The position numbers and the translations under genes are program-made. A stretch of 64,000 nt of DNA from Camelus dromedarius (lineage: Eukaryota), in the NCBI RefSeq assembly GCF_036321535.1, contig NC_087472.1, positions 92,940,001 through 93,004,000 of the forward strand, in the 5' to 3' direction. The notes beneath the pieces were generated by a model. The model was given only the letters and a program-made list of their open reading frames with translations, had not been told where the DNA came from and did not search any database. Shown piece after piece: positions 26,345 to 39,778 of the stretch (its first letter is position 1; each line of letters begins with the position of its first letter).

Positions 26345-26510
26345 TGTACTTCACAAACTAGAACAGAGGCATAGTCACCTGGGTGTCTTGTTAAAATGCA
26401 GATTCTGATTCAGTAAGTCTGGAGTGAGGCCTGACAGTCTGCATTTATAGTAAGCTGGTCCATAGACCATAATAATGCTGCTCTATGGACCACACTTGGA
26501 GGAGCAAGAC
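26345..26510. mobile_element. MER5A-like MITE
   Basis: tcacctgggtgtcttgttaaaatgcagattctgattcagtaagtctggagtgaggcctga...ggaccacacttgga. Confidence 0.8.
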
Positions 26511-27319
26511 TCTAGGCGAGTCTGTACAGTGCAACCACCATGTTTGGTTCTGACTTATGACAGTGGGGCAGGTGAGGCAGTTGGAGACTGAGAAACACTG
26601 CCAATCACCACCTCTCCCTCTCCCGACCCTTCAACCTTACCCACACACCACCTGTAGCCCCGATTCTCGAAAACCTTAACCCACTCTAGTATTCCGCAAG
26701 CTTTTATAATGTAAGGTTTAACAGGATAAACCAAAAATAGAACAATAAATAGGCAAAACAGCCTTGGCCCTAGAGAACTGTATCTTCATTTAATGTGTGG
26801 AGTAAAACACAATTGAAGATCAAGAAAACAAACCCTTGCAAATATTCGGTCAAATACGAGCTAAACTAATGCAAGGTAAGCTCTGTCAGGGCACAGGTGA
26901 GACTGAGTGAGGGCCAAGAGACTCGATAGAGAGGTCAATCTGTAGTTTTAGAGAAGGAGCCATATAAGGAACTTACAATCCAAGCTGAAGGAAGATCTGG
27001 CTGAAGTGTGTAGGCAAGTGTTTCGTGGTTTCCCAGGAGGTAACTCACCCAGATTAACCTCCTACGTGCCAGCCGTTCTCTTTTCCCTGCTCCTTCCCCA
27101 CAGGTTCTCATCATCTAGAATAAACTGAGAACCAGAGGTGAAAGGAAGTGTCTTCTCTCCTAGCATGTAATCCACATTCTCAACACCTTCTCTCACGGTC
27201 CTTTGCCTAACCCATCTAAGTGATGAACTAGACTTCAAAGGGACTCCAATGAACCAATTTAATTGCTCCAAGCAAAGTTTAGAAGTCCTGGACTGTGGGC
27301 TCAATACCTAGATTTGAGT

Positions 27320-27445
27320 ATAGTTTCTACTAAGTAGCCATAATCACCTGAGTGAATCACTTGAATTTCTCTTGGCCTCAGTTTCCTTGTTTGTAAAATG
27401 ACACGTTGAGATGAACCAGTTGCCAAGGTCCACTCCAGCTCCCTA
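27320..27445 (+). mobile_element. MIR SINE fragment
   Basis: tcacttgaatttctcttggcctcagtttccttgtttgtaaaatg (MIR core). Confidence 0.7.
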
Positions 27446-30400
27446 TGGTACAAAAATCAGGTCCTCTATTGGCAGGGCTTTTGCCAGTTAGTTTGTTACT
27501 GAGCAAGAATTCTAATTATTACCTTGGCATGGGCTGCGGAGAGGATCTAGAAGGTTTGAAAAGTGTGTTAAAGACAGGTGAACATTTGACCATTTCTCTA
27601 CTCTTGCAAGAGATGATTTAAAACGCTTTCTCTTCATATCCAGGAAGGGAAGTGTTTGTTTAAATCCGAGGTGAAGCATTGTCTATTCCTGGATCTTACA
27701 GAGCCAACTGTGGGCCTCCCTGTTTGTTGCCATGGGATCCTCTTTGTGCGAACTGTCTTGAACTGTGTGGGAACACTTTCCTCTTGCCTCTCTTCAGTTC
27801 TCTAACTCTTCTGAAGATATGTGTCAGAACAAAATGTAGCTGCATTATTGCCAATTAAGACGAACAGCAGCTGCAAGGTGCATCTAATTAAGAATTTTAA
27901 TTACTTCACCGAATTTAATTCTCATTTGCAGATATTTAGAGCATTAAACAATGTATTGTGATTTTATTTTAAAATCTGAATAAAGCTGACCTCCCTCCAA
28001 AGGGGCGGAGTGGGGGTGGAGGTTTGTCAAAAACTATACAACTCAATGATGCATATAAAAAAAGACTTTGACATGGGAAGTATATACTTTGGTGCATTGT
28101 GTGAGATTAAAGTGATATGACATTCAGGATGAAAAAGTAGTGTGCATATCCATAAATATGCCTTTTTTATTAAAGTAAAAAGCAAATAAGTCCTAGACTA
28201 TTGCAAAAATTAATAATTTACTATTCAAGCAGAATCCTTGAATGTTACATAGTTCTTCTCACACGTTCTGTTCTTTTTTTCCCCCCTAGTAACAGGGTTA
28301 ACAGTAAGTTTGCTGCTGCAGCATGGGGATTGTAGGCTAAAATCCAAAGCATTATGGGGTTTGTAGTAAAAACTGACTGCAGATCAATTCTATGCTTCTA
28401 GTTTTTCTCAGTTGAAGGAACTGCTGTTTTATTTTCTAACAATAAAAAAGAATATCAATATATTTCAAATAAGAAATACATTTTAATGAGACCAAGTTGG
28501 TATTACTGGGAGGATGAAATTAGAGTTTAGTGACAATAACATGCTGACTGAGGAGACAGAAAATGCAACCACATCTACTTTATAAGCCACAAATAATTTG
28601 AATGAACTATTTCCTAACATTTCTATCCTATTGCTAAGGTTTCAAAAATTACTTTTTTGTTTTAGTACTAAAATGTGAGAAAATAATCAGATTTTGTCTT
28701 TATGGAAGAGAAATGTGGACACAGGAACTGAATTCAGATTCTTATTGAGTCTGCTTTTAACTGTGGGTAGTTTACATTTAATTTTCTACATTTCACATCT
28801 TTCTTTAGATAAATGAGTCAGAATTTTATTTAGTCTACCTTTTTAGATGTTTTGCCATAGAAAAATACTCTAAATATTCAGAGTAGCTCTTCTTTTTAAT
28901 GAAATCCTTAAGGCTAGAATATATGGAAAATATGTCTGGAGTGAGATTATTTCATTCCATTTAAATTTAATTATGGAAATATATAAATTAAGGAGTTATA
29001 ATTCAGTTCATCTTTTGTATACAGATGATTCTGTGTAAGTAAAAAGATAATTTATAGAGGTTTTGATTTAACTCTGTTGGAAATTTATTTCAAAGTTGAT
29101 TAAATATTTTCTGTATGATATAAAATCAAAGTCTAGCTCTCCAGCAATGTTCTATGAAATCAGGCCCTCTTTTGTTAGAAAGGCTAAACTATGTCTCTTC
29201 AAAGTCTCTTCCATCTGTGAAGGTCCCCATTGTCATGCTAAGTCACTTAGAAAGTATTTTATACCTAAGGTTGCTTATTTTCCTCTTTCTCTCCTTGAAG
29301 AGGACTCCATCCACAAAAAGGCAGCGCTAAAGCCAACTATTATTACAGACATGAATAAATGCAAAATCAAGCGCCCTTCATTTTCAGGTCTTTTGCCAGC
29401 AACATTCATTTGAACCCACCACCACATATTCTCAAATGATGTACAGACAAAGACTTAAGCATTTCAGCAAAATTCCCCCATAAAGTTCAGAAATAATAAA
29501 GAATGTTATGAAAAGGCAAACAGCAACATGAAAGAAAAATGCCATGCCTGCTTTTCTTTCAGATTTCTAAGTTTTGAATCATAAAAGTATACAAATATAT
29601 ATCTTCTTGAATGCAGTTTACATTATTGTTCATACTGTGAATATTTCTTTTATGGTCATAAAAATAAAAGCAATGCCCCAAATGAAACACTATGTACATA
29701 AGCGATGCAAATGCATCCCGGTGGAAAGCCGGCTGGCTGCTGGTGGGAGGGTATATTTATACAGTGCCTTTCATTTGGAAGGTTCCCAAAATGATTTGCA
29801 AACTGTATATAGAGGAATTGCTCACCATGGAAATTCACCCACTTCCAGGAGAGAATGCAGAAGTCATTCCATGCTGACAACTAGTTTAAATAAAACCACA
29901 GAACAATATTATAGGTAGGCAAAATTGTAATTGATTCAGGAAATGTGCATTGAAAACCCACTATGTGCCAGGCACAGTTCGAGGTCCTGAGGATACCATC
30001 ATGGGTATTTCTAGTCAAGTTTCCTTCTCTCCTAAAGCTTACGTTTTATGGAAATCTGACTAAACTCAGGAGTTAAAAGCCCTATGTCTTGGTGAATTTC
30101 CGATCCCTGCATATGGTTCTACTGAAACAGACCACTTGCTACTTTTTATATGTATTTTTTATCAGGCTCCACTATATCCAGGACACATGACCTGTGGCGA
30201 TGCATTCTACTTCCAATTGATCACACACAAAAAATTGCTTCAGATATTATGGTTGAAGAAGGTAAAATGACAGTAACATTTCCTGCATTGAATGGTTTGG
30301 AAGAGAGAGGGCAGAATTAAAAGTCTTCCGGGTTTAGGAAATGAAATGAAATGGTATTGCTATATATACATGGAAGACTGCTCCCACTGAAATGATTCAG

Positions 30401-30974
30401 GGCACTTCATGGTAATTAAGGCATATAAAATAGTTTAGTAAAGGAAGAGAGCCATGTGGGCTAATGTTTTAGAGCATAAAATACGGAATCAAATACCAGT
30501 GTCTCCGAAATTTACTAGATTTATAATATTTTTTTCACAGGATAGTAGAACAGGAAAAAAGGGTGAAGCAGACACTGTCAAAGTTCAGCCCAGAACCCCA
30601 TGTGCTCACAGCCATCACTCCCCTCTCTGTGCCTGCATTTAAAGGCCAGCACCTGCATCTTCTTTAACTATTGCTCTTGGGCTACTGGTGCGGCTTGACT
30701 TGCCTTTAATGAGTGTACAACCCTTCTCTGCCTAGCCCGTGACCGACTGGTATCAGAGTAAGAAACCTTAACTCTTTGGACTATAGTTCAGAATAACTCA
30801 GAGGCATAATTTATATTGAAGAGGTCCTCTCTGAAATCAGGTCGAAGCTGGGACTCTGCCTGTAATTGCATCCTTACTTGGTGTCTGGGAACATGAGATA
30901 GAGGGTAACGAGAAATAATCAAAGAGGTCCCATCTCTAGCTTTTAAATCATCGACCTGTAGAACTGGAAGCGAA

Positions 30975-31250
30975 TCATTCATTCATTTATCCTTTTGTCT
31001 ATGGTTTATCCATCACATACTGTGTGCCAGAGGGTGTGTGGTTAGGGGGCTCTAGGGAGGAATAAGTACTTAAGGAACTCAAGTCTAGCAGTGGAGAAAG
31101 ACACATAAGCATCGCATGTGATAGACAATGTGATGAGTACCGTAAGGGAGATCTGAATTCAGCCTAAAAGAGTCAGGTCAGATTGAACAGAGAAGGTCTT
31201 ATTTCAGTGACCTGGAGGGTTGAGCAAGAAGAAAATCATAAAAATGAGTG
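30975..31250 (-). mobile_element. L2 3' fragment
   Basis: tcattcattcatttat...actgtgtgccag...aaggaactcaagtctagcagtggagaaagacacataa. Confidence 0.55.
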
Positions 31251-32129
31251 AAGACCAGGAATAAAGAGTAACATCTAAGTAGACCAGTTTTCTTCTACCT
31301 AGAAGGAAATAGCACTGGTCCTGGAAGTAGAGATCAAAGTGTTTAAAATCACAGAATCAGTTTTTGAAGAGGGCTCTAGAGATAACCTTGAATAATCTCT
31401 TGATTTTAGTCAGAGGAAATTGAGTCTTACTCGGCCGAATGACATAGTTATTTAAGCTCACAAAGCTAGGAAGTGGTAGGAGTTCTCTTCTAGCATGACT
31501 CAGCCATATTGCCTGACAGCCTTTTCTTGAAAAAGATAAATTGAGGACATAATAGAGATATTAGATATAATGAGATCTGATCTGATTCCTGGCCTATCAC
31601 TCTATGGCCTTGAGAAAATTCCTTGTCTTCTTTGAATCTCATTGTCTTCTTATAAAAAAAAAAAAAGAACTTAATGGGATAACCTTCTGGAGATATTGTA
31701 GCACACCTAGCAGACTACCTCAGACATAGGATGTATGAGGGAAGCATGCTTTGTTTCACTTTATCTTTAGTTTGTTTTCATTTCTTTTCTTTCTCAATCA
31801 GAGACTGTTACAGTGGTGTAAATGGAGACAAGGATGCTTTTATTTTTGTTTGTGTTTTGTTGTTTTATACTAGCTATAGAGTTGAAGAGTATCAGACATT
31901 CAAGTAAGATAGTTTTCTTCTTTTTAAAAAGAATAAACTGATGTTTTTGGTTAGGATGAATCCTGTCTCTGACTAAAACTCATGGTATTATTGATAGATC
32001 ATCTCAAGACCAGTCCAACTTCATCCAGGGCAAGCCATGTAGGTGAGTCTGCTTCTTTTAACCAGCTAGTTATAATAATAATCAACATAATACTGACACA
32101 TAGATTTGCCAATTGAAGAAGTCTATTTG

Positions 32130-32940
32130 ACACATATTGCAAAAGAGGATAACCAAATGGCAAATGAATGTGTGAAAAGGTAAATGGCTTTATAAGACAG
32201 AATGGTGATGTAAATTTAAACCACAATGCAATATCATGACACATTCACCAGAATGTTTAATGTTAAATAATGGACGATAGAAAATGTAGGCGAACAGTTG
32301 GAGCAACTGCAACTCACACCTACTCCTGGGGACAGTAAAAATAATTTCAATAACCTGGGAAAACTTTTCAGCAGCGCCTATTATTTCTAAACACATGTAT
32401 AACCTGTGATGCTGTCAACTCCATTCTAGGTATATACCCAAAATAAATGCATATGTACGTGCACTAAAAACATGTATTAGAAAGTTCACAGCAGCTTTAT
32501 TCACAAAGTTCCAAACTGGAAAGTACCCAAATGCTCATCAACCGTAGATTAGATAAATACCTTGCAATGTATTCATACTGCAGGTTACCATACAGGAATG
32601 AGAACTAACGATCAATGACTACTAGCGACAATATATTTCAGTCTCACAAACAAAATGTTGAACAAAAGAAGGCAGACACAGAAGAGTACATCCTGTAAGA
32701 CTGCCTTTATAGAAAGGACAAAATGAATCTAATCTACATTGTAAAACATCAGGATAGTAGCTACCCTAGGTGAGAGCAGCAACTAAAAGGTTGCATAAGA
32801 GGAGCTTTGGAGGTGCTGGTAATATTCTGGGTTTTTAAAATCTTGATATTGGCTACTTGGGTGTATTCACACTGTGAAAATTCATTGAGCATGCATATAA
32901 TGTGTGCACTTTAGAAATATATTTCATATTTAAATGAAAA
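32130..32940 (+). mobile_element. Old L1 (L1MC/ME-type) 3' region
   Basis: ccattctaggtatatacccaaa, gcagctttattcacaaagttccaaactggaaagtacccaaatgctcatcaac and gggtgtattcacactgtgaaaattcattgagc. Confidence 0.8.
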
Positions 32941-32962
32941 GTTTTTTTAAAAAAAGAAGTTT

Positions 32963-33329
32963 GTTGACAAATATCACTTACATGTGGAATGTAAAAAAAA
33001 GGATACTAGTTCTATTTACAAACCAAAAACACACTCATGGACATAGAATATGGTTACCAAAGGGGAAAGGGCTGGGAGGCATAAATCGTGGGTTGGGGAT
33101 TGACAGACATGCATTATTGTATATAAAATGGATAAACAACAAGGACCTACTGTATAGCACAGGGAACTGCATTCAGTATCTTGTAATGACATATAATGGA
33201 AAAGAATCTGAAAATATATATATATGAATGTATATGTATAACTGAGTCACTTTGCTGTACATGTGAAATTAGCATTAAATCAACTACACTTCAATAAACA
33301 TTATTTTAAAGCTTGTTTAAAACTAGAAG
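32963..33329 (+). mobile_element. Younger L1 3'UTR inserted at the tail of the older L1
   Basis: aaggacctactgtatagcacagggaact...ctgagtcactttgctgtac; TSD aaaaagaagttt at 32951-32962 and 33330-33341. Confidence 0.88.
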
Positions 33330-33624
33330 AAAAAGAAGTTTAACTCCCATGTCAATGATATATTATTAACAATAATAAAAATTAATAAAATAAACTCTTG
33401 ACAGATATTTGTGAAAGTGAAATATTTTATCATATAAAATATGGGGGCCTTCCTATGAAATGAATATGAAAAGGCAGAATTTGTTTATTTTAAAAGGTGT
33501 TTTCATGAAATAAATGGGGGTTTTCTTTCTGAAACATAATTTAGTGTGATTTACCATTGAATAGGAACTAGATCATTAAAATAAACATGTCTTTGACTTT
33601 TTTTAGTGTCAATCATTTTGTGAA

Positions 33625-33830
33625 ATAATAATAGCTAGTATTTATTCAGTACTTCTTGTGTGCCAGGCACCAATGGGGGCATTTAATATGTGCAAACTTA
33701 CTTAATCCTCAAAAGAAATAAGTACTATTGCCGTTACCAATTTACAGATGAGGAAACCAATGCACAGAAACTATTAATAGCTTGCTCATTGTCTTACAGT
33801 GACAAAGTTGGAAATTGTACCTTCTCTAAA
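33625..33830 (-). mobile_element. MIR SINE
   Basis: aataataatagctagtatttattcagtactt...tgtgccaggcac...ttaatcctca...tttacagatgaggaaac. Confidence 0.8.
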
Positions 33831-34468
33831 TCAGCACCCTTATCTGCTCCTCTAACTTTTGATGATTACTTTTTTATTTGGCTTGTAAGTTGTCTTTATT
33901 GGCTTAGTATTCCTTAATATGGCAAACTGTAAACAAAAGCATTAGTGACAGTTCAGCAAAAATTTTGACTGCATTGTTTTTCCCAGCAGAATATGTTACT
34001 CTTGGTTTTGTGCATCACTCTGCTTTTTCCTAAAGGAGATCTAAGTGAATTATTATGCTCTGTTAAATGAAGAGAAAAATTATGAAATTACACTTTTCAG
34101 GGAACAATGTTAAGATTTCAACTTTTTAAACACTTAAGAATACTATGATGAAGTGTGTGTTAACATGTAGATATCAGTATGCCCTTCTGAACTAATTTTC
34201 CTACTGAGAAAAACAACTCTTTAAGTAAATCATACAAGAGGCTAGAGAGTATTATAGGTAATGTTAGCTAGATAGTCATACTCAATTAGTATGAGTGTGT
34301 GTATGTGTGGTCGGTATATATTTAGCAGATAGTAGAAGGATATTATAATATACTAGAATGAGGTGATAGTATATCAGGTACTAGGTACTAGACAGAGATT
34401 ATAGCATGGCATAATATAAGTAATAATTTTAAAATGGAATATTGAATATCATTATTGCAAAATGCTCT

Positions 34469-34910
34469 TGTGACGGAGACAATTCTATGTGCTCGCCAAA
34501 TGTATTCATTTTCTTCTTGAGCACTCAAAAACATTGTTTCCCACTCCTTTTGCATCTAGGTGGGGCCACAGAGGAATGGGAACAGATGTGTAGCCCACAT
34601 CTTCCAGACTTGATCCCTCAAATCTCCAGAGAGGGCTTTTCCCCTGTGTCTTTATTCTCACGTTTGCCTTCTTCTTAAGCATGGCTTGATGGAAAGAGCT
34701 TCAAGATGCTGCGATCATGTGATAGAAGGATCCTAGCTCCCTAGTTATTCCTAAGGATGGATCATAGTCACAACTAAGATGAGAGCAGTGTAACCAGAAG
34801 CAGCAGCCTAGGGCTTTGTGTGAGTAAGAAGCAAACTTTCATTGTACTGAGCCTCAGAGATCTCAGGCACATTTGTTGGTATAATATAGCTTAGTCTACG
34901 CTGATTTGTA
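34469..34910 (+). mobile_element. MLT1-type (ERVL-MaLR) LTR
   Basis: tgtgacggagac start; tttcccactccttttgcatctaggtggggcca; end tgtgagtaagaagcaaactttcattgtactgagcctcagagat. Confidence 0.7.
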
Positions 34911-35339
34911 ACCTCTGACCCATTCAAAGGCAAGAAACTTTTTTTTCCTTCTTTTTTCTTTTCCTCTTTTCATTCTTTTTTGCATCTCAGGTGTACAAAA
35001 TGCATGGTTCTTGGTTAATAGTCATTTTTATTGGTCTCTGTGCAGCCCAGTTTTATTCATGTACTTAGTTAGTTAGTTGTTTTTCATGAGGTTGTAACTG
35101 TTTGAGAAAGCACCATACAAAACAAAAGCAAGCATCTTGATAATAACCTATTTCAAACGAATGGTATGGTACCTCTATCAACCTATCCATCTGCCTCCCC
35201 TTACTTAAAGAAAACATCATCTTGAACTCCATGTGCATTATTCCTTCAACTTCTTTTTTTATGTAATTTTATTGCATCTATAGGTATTCCTAAAGAGCAC
35301 AGATTTTAAATTTCAACTGCTTTAACTTTATAAAAAGAT

Positions 35340-36000
35340 ACCAGTTCCCGTTCTAGATAAAATGCTGTAAGCACACTTTCCTCTTTCTCTTCCACTGAAT
35401 ACGTTAAAACCTGGACAGAATGCATGCAACAACTGTTTGAAGACCCTGGAAAGGAAATAGTAGTAGGCAGATCAGGAATGAGCACCCGAATTTGGAGTAC
35501 AACCAAATTTGTATTGTTGGCCATTTTCCCCCTTTTGATATTTCCCGGCCTGAAGTCAACACTACCAGACACATGGAAATGAGCTCAGACAGGGCGCTCC
35601 AGTCCCCAGTCAGTCTGGTCATGGTGGTGGAGGTAGAAGCTGCAGTTACTGGAATCAACAAGAATGAAAACTCAGAGAGGGAACTTTTTCTGTTCTATGG
35701 AACTGTGGTTCCAAGCACATAGGACAAACCCTCTGTTTTGTTTTGTTTCGTTTTGTCTTATTTCGCTCTCTGTCCTCCCTTTTGAGCCAGGACGTGAGTC
35801 TAATCATGAAAGTCCACAACAGAGCATGCCAGTGTGGAGTAATTAGAGCCCCGAGTTTCTGGCCAGGGAACCAGAAAGGGTCAGGGCAGAGAACAGAAAA
35901 GTACCAGGAAGATTACAAGGGACAGGGATTCAGGAAAGAGACCCCACAAATTTGTTTTTCAACTCCAGGGCTCACCCTTGAGTTGTGCAGATGAGGATCA
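35340..36000 (+). mobile_element. Probable old L1 5' end fragment
   Basis: ttcccgttctagataaaatg...ctcttccactgaatac...aaaacctggacagaatgcatg resembles the 5' ends of L1M elements. Confidence 0.45.
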
Positions 36001-36114
36001 GATTCTAACATTTGCTTTATCTGTAATTGTATCCCCCATTCCAATTATATTTTACTGACCTTCAAATTGTATTTTTGTCTTTTGTTTTTATTTATTTCTG
36101 CTATTAAAAAAATA

Positions 36115-36770
36115 ATTTTTACAGCTTTCTTGAGATATAATTGACATAATGTTGTGTAAGTTTAAGGTGTACAAAGTGTTAATTTAATACACTTATATAT
36201 TACAAAATGATTACTGCTATAGCCTTAGCTAACACCTCCATTCGGTCACATAATTAAAATTTCTTTTTGTGGTGAGAACATTTAAAATCTACTCTCTCAG
36301 CAGCTTTCAAGCATGTAATACAGAATTATTAGCTATTATCACCATGCTGTGTATTAGATCCCCAGAACTTGTTAATCTTCTAACTGGTAGTTTGTACCAT
36401 TTGACCAATAAGCTCCCCATTTCCCCCATCCCCAGCCCCTGGTAACCACTAATATACTGTTTCTCTGAGTTTCGCTTTTTTAGATTCTGCACATAAGTGA
36501 TTATCAAGCAGTAATTGTCTTTCTGTCTGACTTCCTTCACTTAGCATAATGCCCTCAAGTTTCATCCAAGTTGTCACAAACAGAAGGATTTCCTTCTTTC
36601 TTATGGCTGAATAATAAATATATTATAATCATATATGTATACATATATATCATCTTCATTATCCACCTATCCTTTGATGAACATAGGTTGTTTCCATATC
36701 TTGATTATTCTGAATAATGCTGCAGTCAACATAGGGATGCAGATGTCACTTCAAGATCCTGTTTTCTATT
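36115..36770 (-). mobile_element. L1 (L1MA-type) 3' end
   Basis: ttgagatataattgacata...tttaaggtgtaca; gtgagaacatttaaaatctactctc; ttcacttagcataatgccctcaagtttcatcc. Confidence 0.9.
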
Positions 36771-37924
36771 ACCTATATTACCTAGAGTTCATTCTGTTAA
36801 TCATATTATAACATCTTAAGATGAATGCATAAGTCACTAATTTTGAAGCTCTTTTCTTTTTTAATATCAGTATTTGAAGCTATACATCTCCCTTAAAGCA
36901 CCTTTACCATATCTCCTAGGTTTTGATACCTAATGTTTTCTCTGTCATTCCGGTTTTTTAATTTTCAGACTTTACTGTGATTTTTTTCCTGTTTTTATGT
37001 GTGTGTTAAATTTCCATATGTTCAAGGATATTTTTAATTTTTAAAATTATCATCTAACATAATTGTATTATGGTTAGATATTATGAGATCTGAAATATTT
37101 TTGAGGACTCTTTATTGGCTGTTACATGATAAACTTTTTATAAATATTTCACACATGCATGGTAAAATTGTATATTCCCTAATGGATGCAAAAATAACTA
37201 TGTGGGTTTCTTTCTCTCTCTTATCTCTTTTTATGTATAATCTCCATTAAATCAATCTTATTAATTATGTTATTCATTTATTCTATATCTTTGCTGAATT
37301 AATATTGTGTAACCTGTTAATAATCAAGAGAGATGTGTTGAAATTCCCCACTATGATAACAAATTTATTGATATAGTACTGTCAATTTTTTGCTTCACAT
37401 ATTTTGAGCCTATAGTGTATGCATACTTAAAATTACTGTACTTCCTTGATAGACTGAACTTTTTTGCTGTGTCATGACTCTCCACTCCTAATATTTTTTG
37501 TCTTAAAATCTACTTTATTTAATATAATATAGTTAGCAACATTGATTTGACTGGGGTTTTCCTGCTAGATCTTGTTTTTCCCATTCTTTTCTCTTCAACT
37601 TTCGCATGTCCTAATGCTTTAAATGTTCCTCGTGGAAATCGTTTAAATCTGGATTTGGGCATTTTATCCAATTTATCACTCTGTATCTTTGAATTGGTAG
37701 TTTTCTTCTATTCTTATTTATTATAGTTACTGAAATCTTCATTATTGTTGCTACCATCTTAGTTTCTTATTTCAATGTGTCCCTATTATTCTACATATCT
37801 TTTTACTCCTATCCTCGTTACTTTTCTTAATTGAAGCTATGTCTCACCCTGAATAAGGCGAGGGCTCTCTCATCCCTTGACTCCCCCTCTTTCCAACACT
37901 CATCATGTTGATCAGATCTATGCC

Positions 37925-38090
37925 CTGGCTTTTACTTAAAATGTGGTCCAAGGACCAGCAGCATCAGCAACTCCTGGGAATTTACTTGAATTGCAGAACT
38001 TTGTGCCCCATTGCAGACCTACTGAATCAGAATTTGCATGTAAACAAGAGCTCCAGGTAGTATATGCCCAATAGACTTAGACAGTTACTA
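37925..38090. mobile_element. MER5A-like MITE
   Basis: tgtggtccaaggaccagcagcatcagcaactcctggga...cagacctactgaatcagaatttgcatgtaaacaag. Confidence 0.8.
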
Positions 38091-38106
38091 AACTAGATCT
38101 TCACTA

Positions 38107-38253
38107 CAGTTATCCCTCAGTATTAGTGGGGAATTGGTTCCAGGACACCTGTGGATATAAAATCCACAGATGCTCAAGTCCCCTGTATAAAATGGTTAGT
38201 ATAGTCAACCCTCTACAGTGGATGCAGAACCCACAGATACAGAGGGCTGACTG
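38107..38253 (+). mobile_element. MER2-like Tigger (Tc1/mariner) MITE, internally deleted
   Basis: TA on both sides (38105-6, 38254-5); imperfect TIRs cagttatccctcagtat / atacagagggctgactg; aaaatccacagatgctcaagtccc. Confidence 0.85.
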
Positions 38254-39778
38254 TAATCAGTTATTACAGATATATTTTCCCTTTTTCTTTGATCTTTGTT
38301 ATTTTTTAAACAACAATAACCATTAGTAAGTTATTTATTTGATAACCTTTACTTCATATATCTCTTGCAACATCTCCAGATTTGTCTTTTCTTTTAAGCA
38401 CTTATCCAAAAGTCTTTTATATACATCTTTGTGTAGCAAAGATTTTAAAATATTGTATGCCTGATAATATTTTTATCATGTCCTCTTATTTAAATGACAT
38501 CTTGTTGGATAGAAACTTCTATGTTCAAAGTTATCTTCCTTCAATTCTTTGAGAACACCCATTTGCATTCAGTGGTTTGAAAAATCTGACATCAGTCTGA
38601 TTCTTCTTCCTTTGTATGGTGTCTGCTCTTTTTTTCCCTGTGTTTAGAATTTTATCTTTGCCTTTGTATTCTTAAATTTCACTATAATATATCTAGGTAT
38701 GGATTTGAAAAAAAAATTCTCTTTTTGCACTTTCTGGGCCCTTTCAATTTGAAGTCTTTAAAAATTTTTAACTCATTCTGCATGTCCTCAAATATTTTTC
38801 CCATCTCAATTTTTTTCCCTTTTCTCTGTCTTGTTATTCTGGGTGTTAGCATTTTGGTGTCCATCTTCCATTTCTCTTGGCTTGTCTTTTACAGTCTCCT
38901 TTCCTATCCTTTTAACTTCTGGAGGATTTCCTCAATCTGGTTTTCAAATTCATCAATTTGTTCCGCAATTCAATATTCTGTTCTTTATCCCATCATACTG
39001 GCTTTTTCAATCATTTCTTTTTTTACACACACTATTTTTGAGATAAGTTTACATTCTTGTTTTGTTTGCTCTAATACTTTTTACTTTTACTGGAATCTGT
39101 ATCTAGGATATGTTTTCCTTTTGAAATATCTATGCGCCTACAAATGTCTTGTGAGCTTGTCGGCTTCCCCCTCCAGGGTATTGACTACTCTTTAAAAGGA
39201 GACGTTAGAAGGCCATCACCCATTCATTCAGGCCCAGAATGTGTAGTAGGGAAGAGTGGATAAGTAAGCCCTAAAGTGATAGCTACAGGCATCCCAAACT
39301 GTAGCCAAGCCCATCACTCATTGTTCCCTCAGGTCATGGCTTCAATTTGCATCCCTTCTGGCCCTCAGGGAAAGGTAACAATAGGAGGAGACACTCTCAG
39401 GTTGTAAACTTCCAGCTTGGGTGTTTGGGGGGTGGGGTGTGAAGAAAGGAGTACCAGAAGTTCAGTTCTGTCCTCATTTTCTCAGCGCTCTAAAAGCACA
39501 GGGCTTCTGAGCAACCTTGGTTTTATTCCTGTGGACACTGAAAACTGTAAACACTCTCTGCTTGAATGACTCCGTCCAGACCCCAGCCCTAAGAGACTTC
39601 AGCAAACTTTAGCTTAGCTTTTGGCAACCTAAGAACACATCCCTGGGACTACCCAGTCCCATGCTGAAATCCTATCTGGAAAAGCTCAAGGTTGCTGAGA
39701 GTTTACCCTTTGTTTCAGCCAACCCCTGATGATGGGCCCCTGACCTCCCTTTTTTAAAGCATTTATTTAAAAAAAAAG

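Larger units (their letters stand above)
36790..39200 (-). mobile_element. Degenerate old L1/HAL1 including ORF1-like sequence
   Basis: T-rich antisense L1 character. The minus-strand translation at 38682-38864 (RKGKKIEMGKIFEDMQNE...) weakly resembles L1 ORF1p. Interrupted by MER5 and MER2-like MITEs. Confidence 0.6.

Noticed and set aside
38725..39195. 156-aa hydrophobic ORF resembling a membrane protein
   Set aside because: It is the T-rich antisense strand of old L1/HAL1, so the Phe/Leu/Ser richness is compositional.
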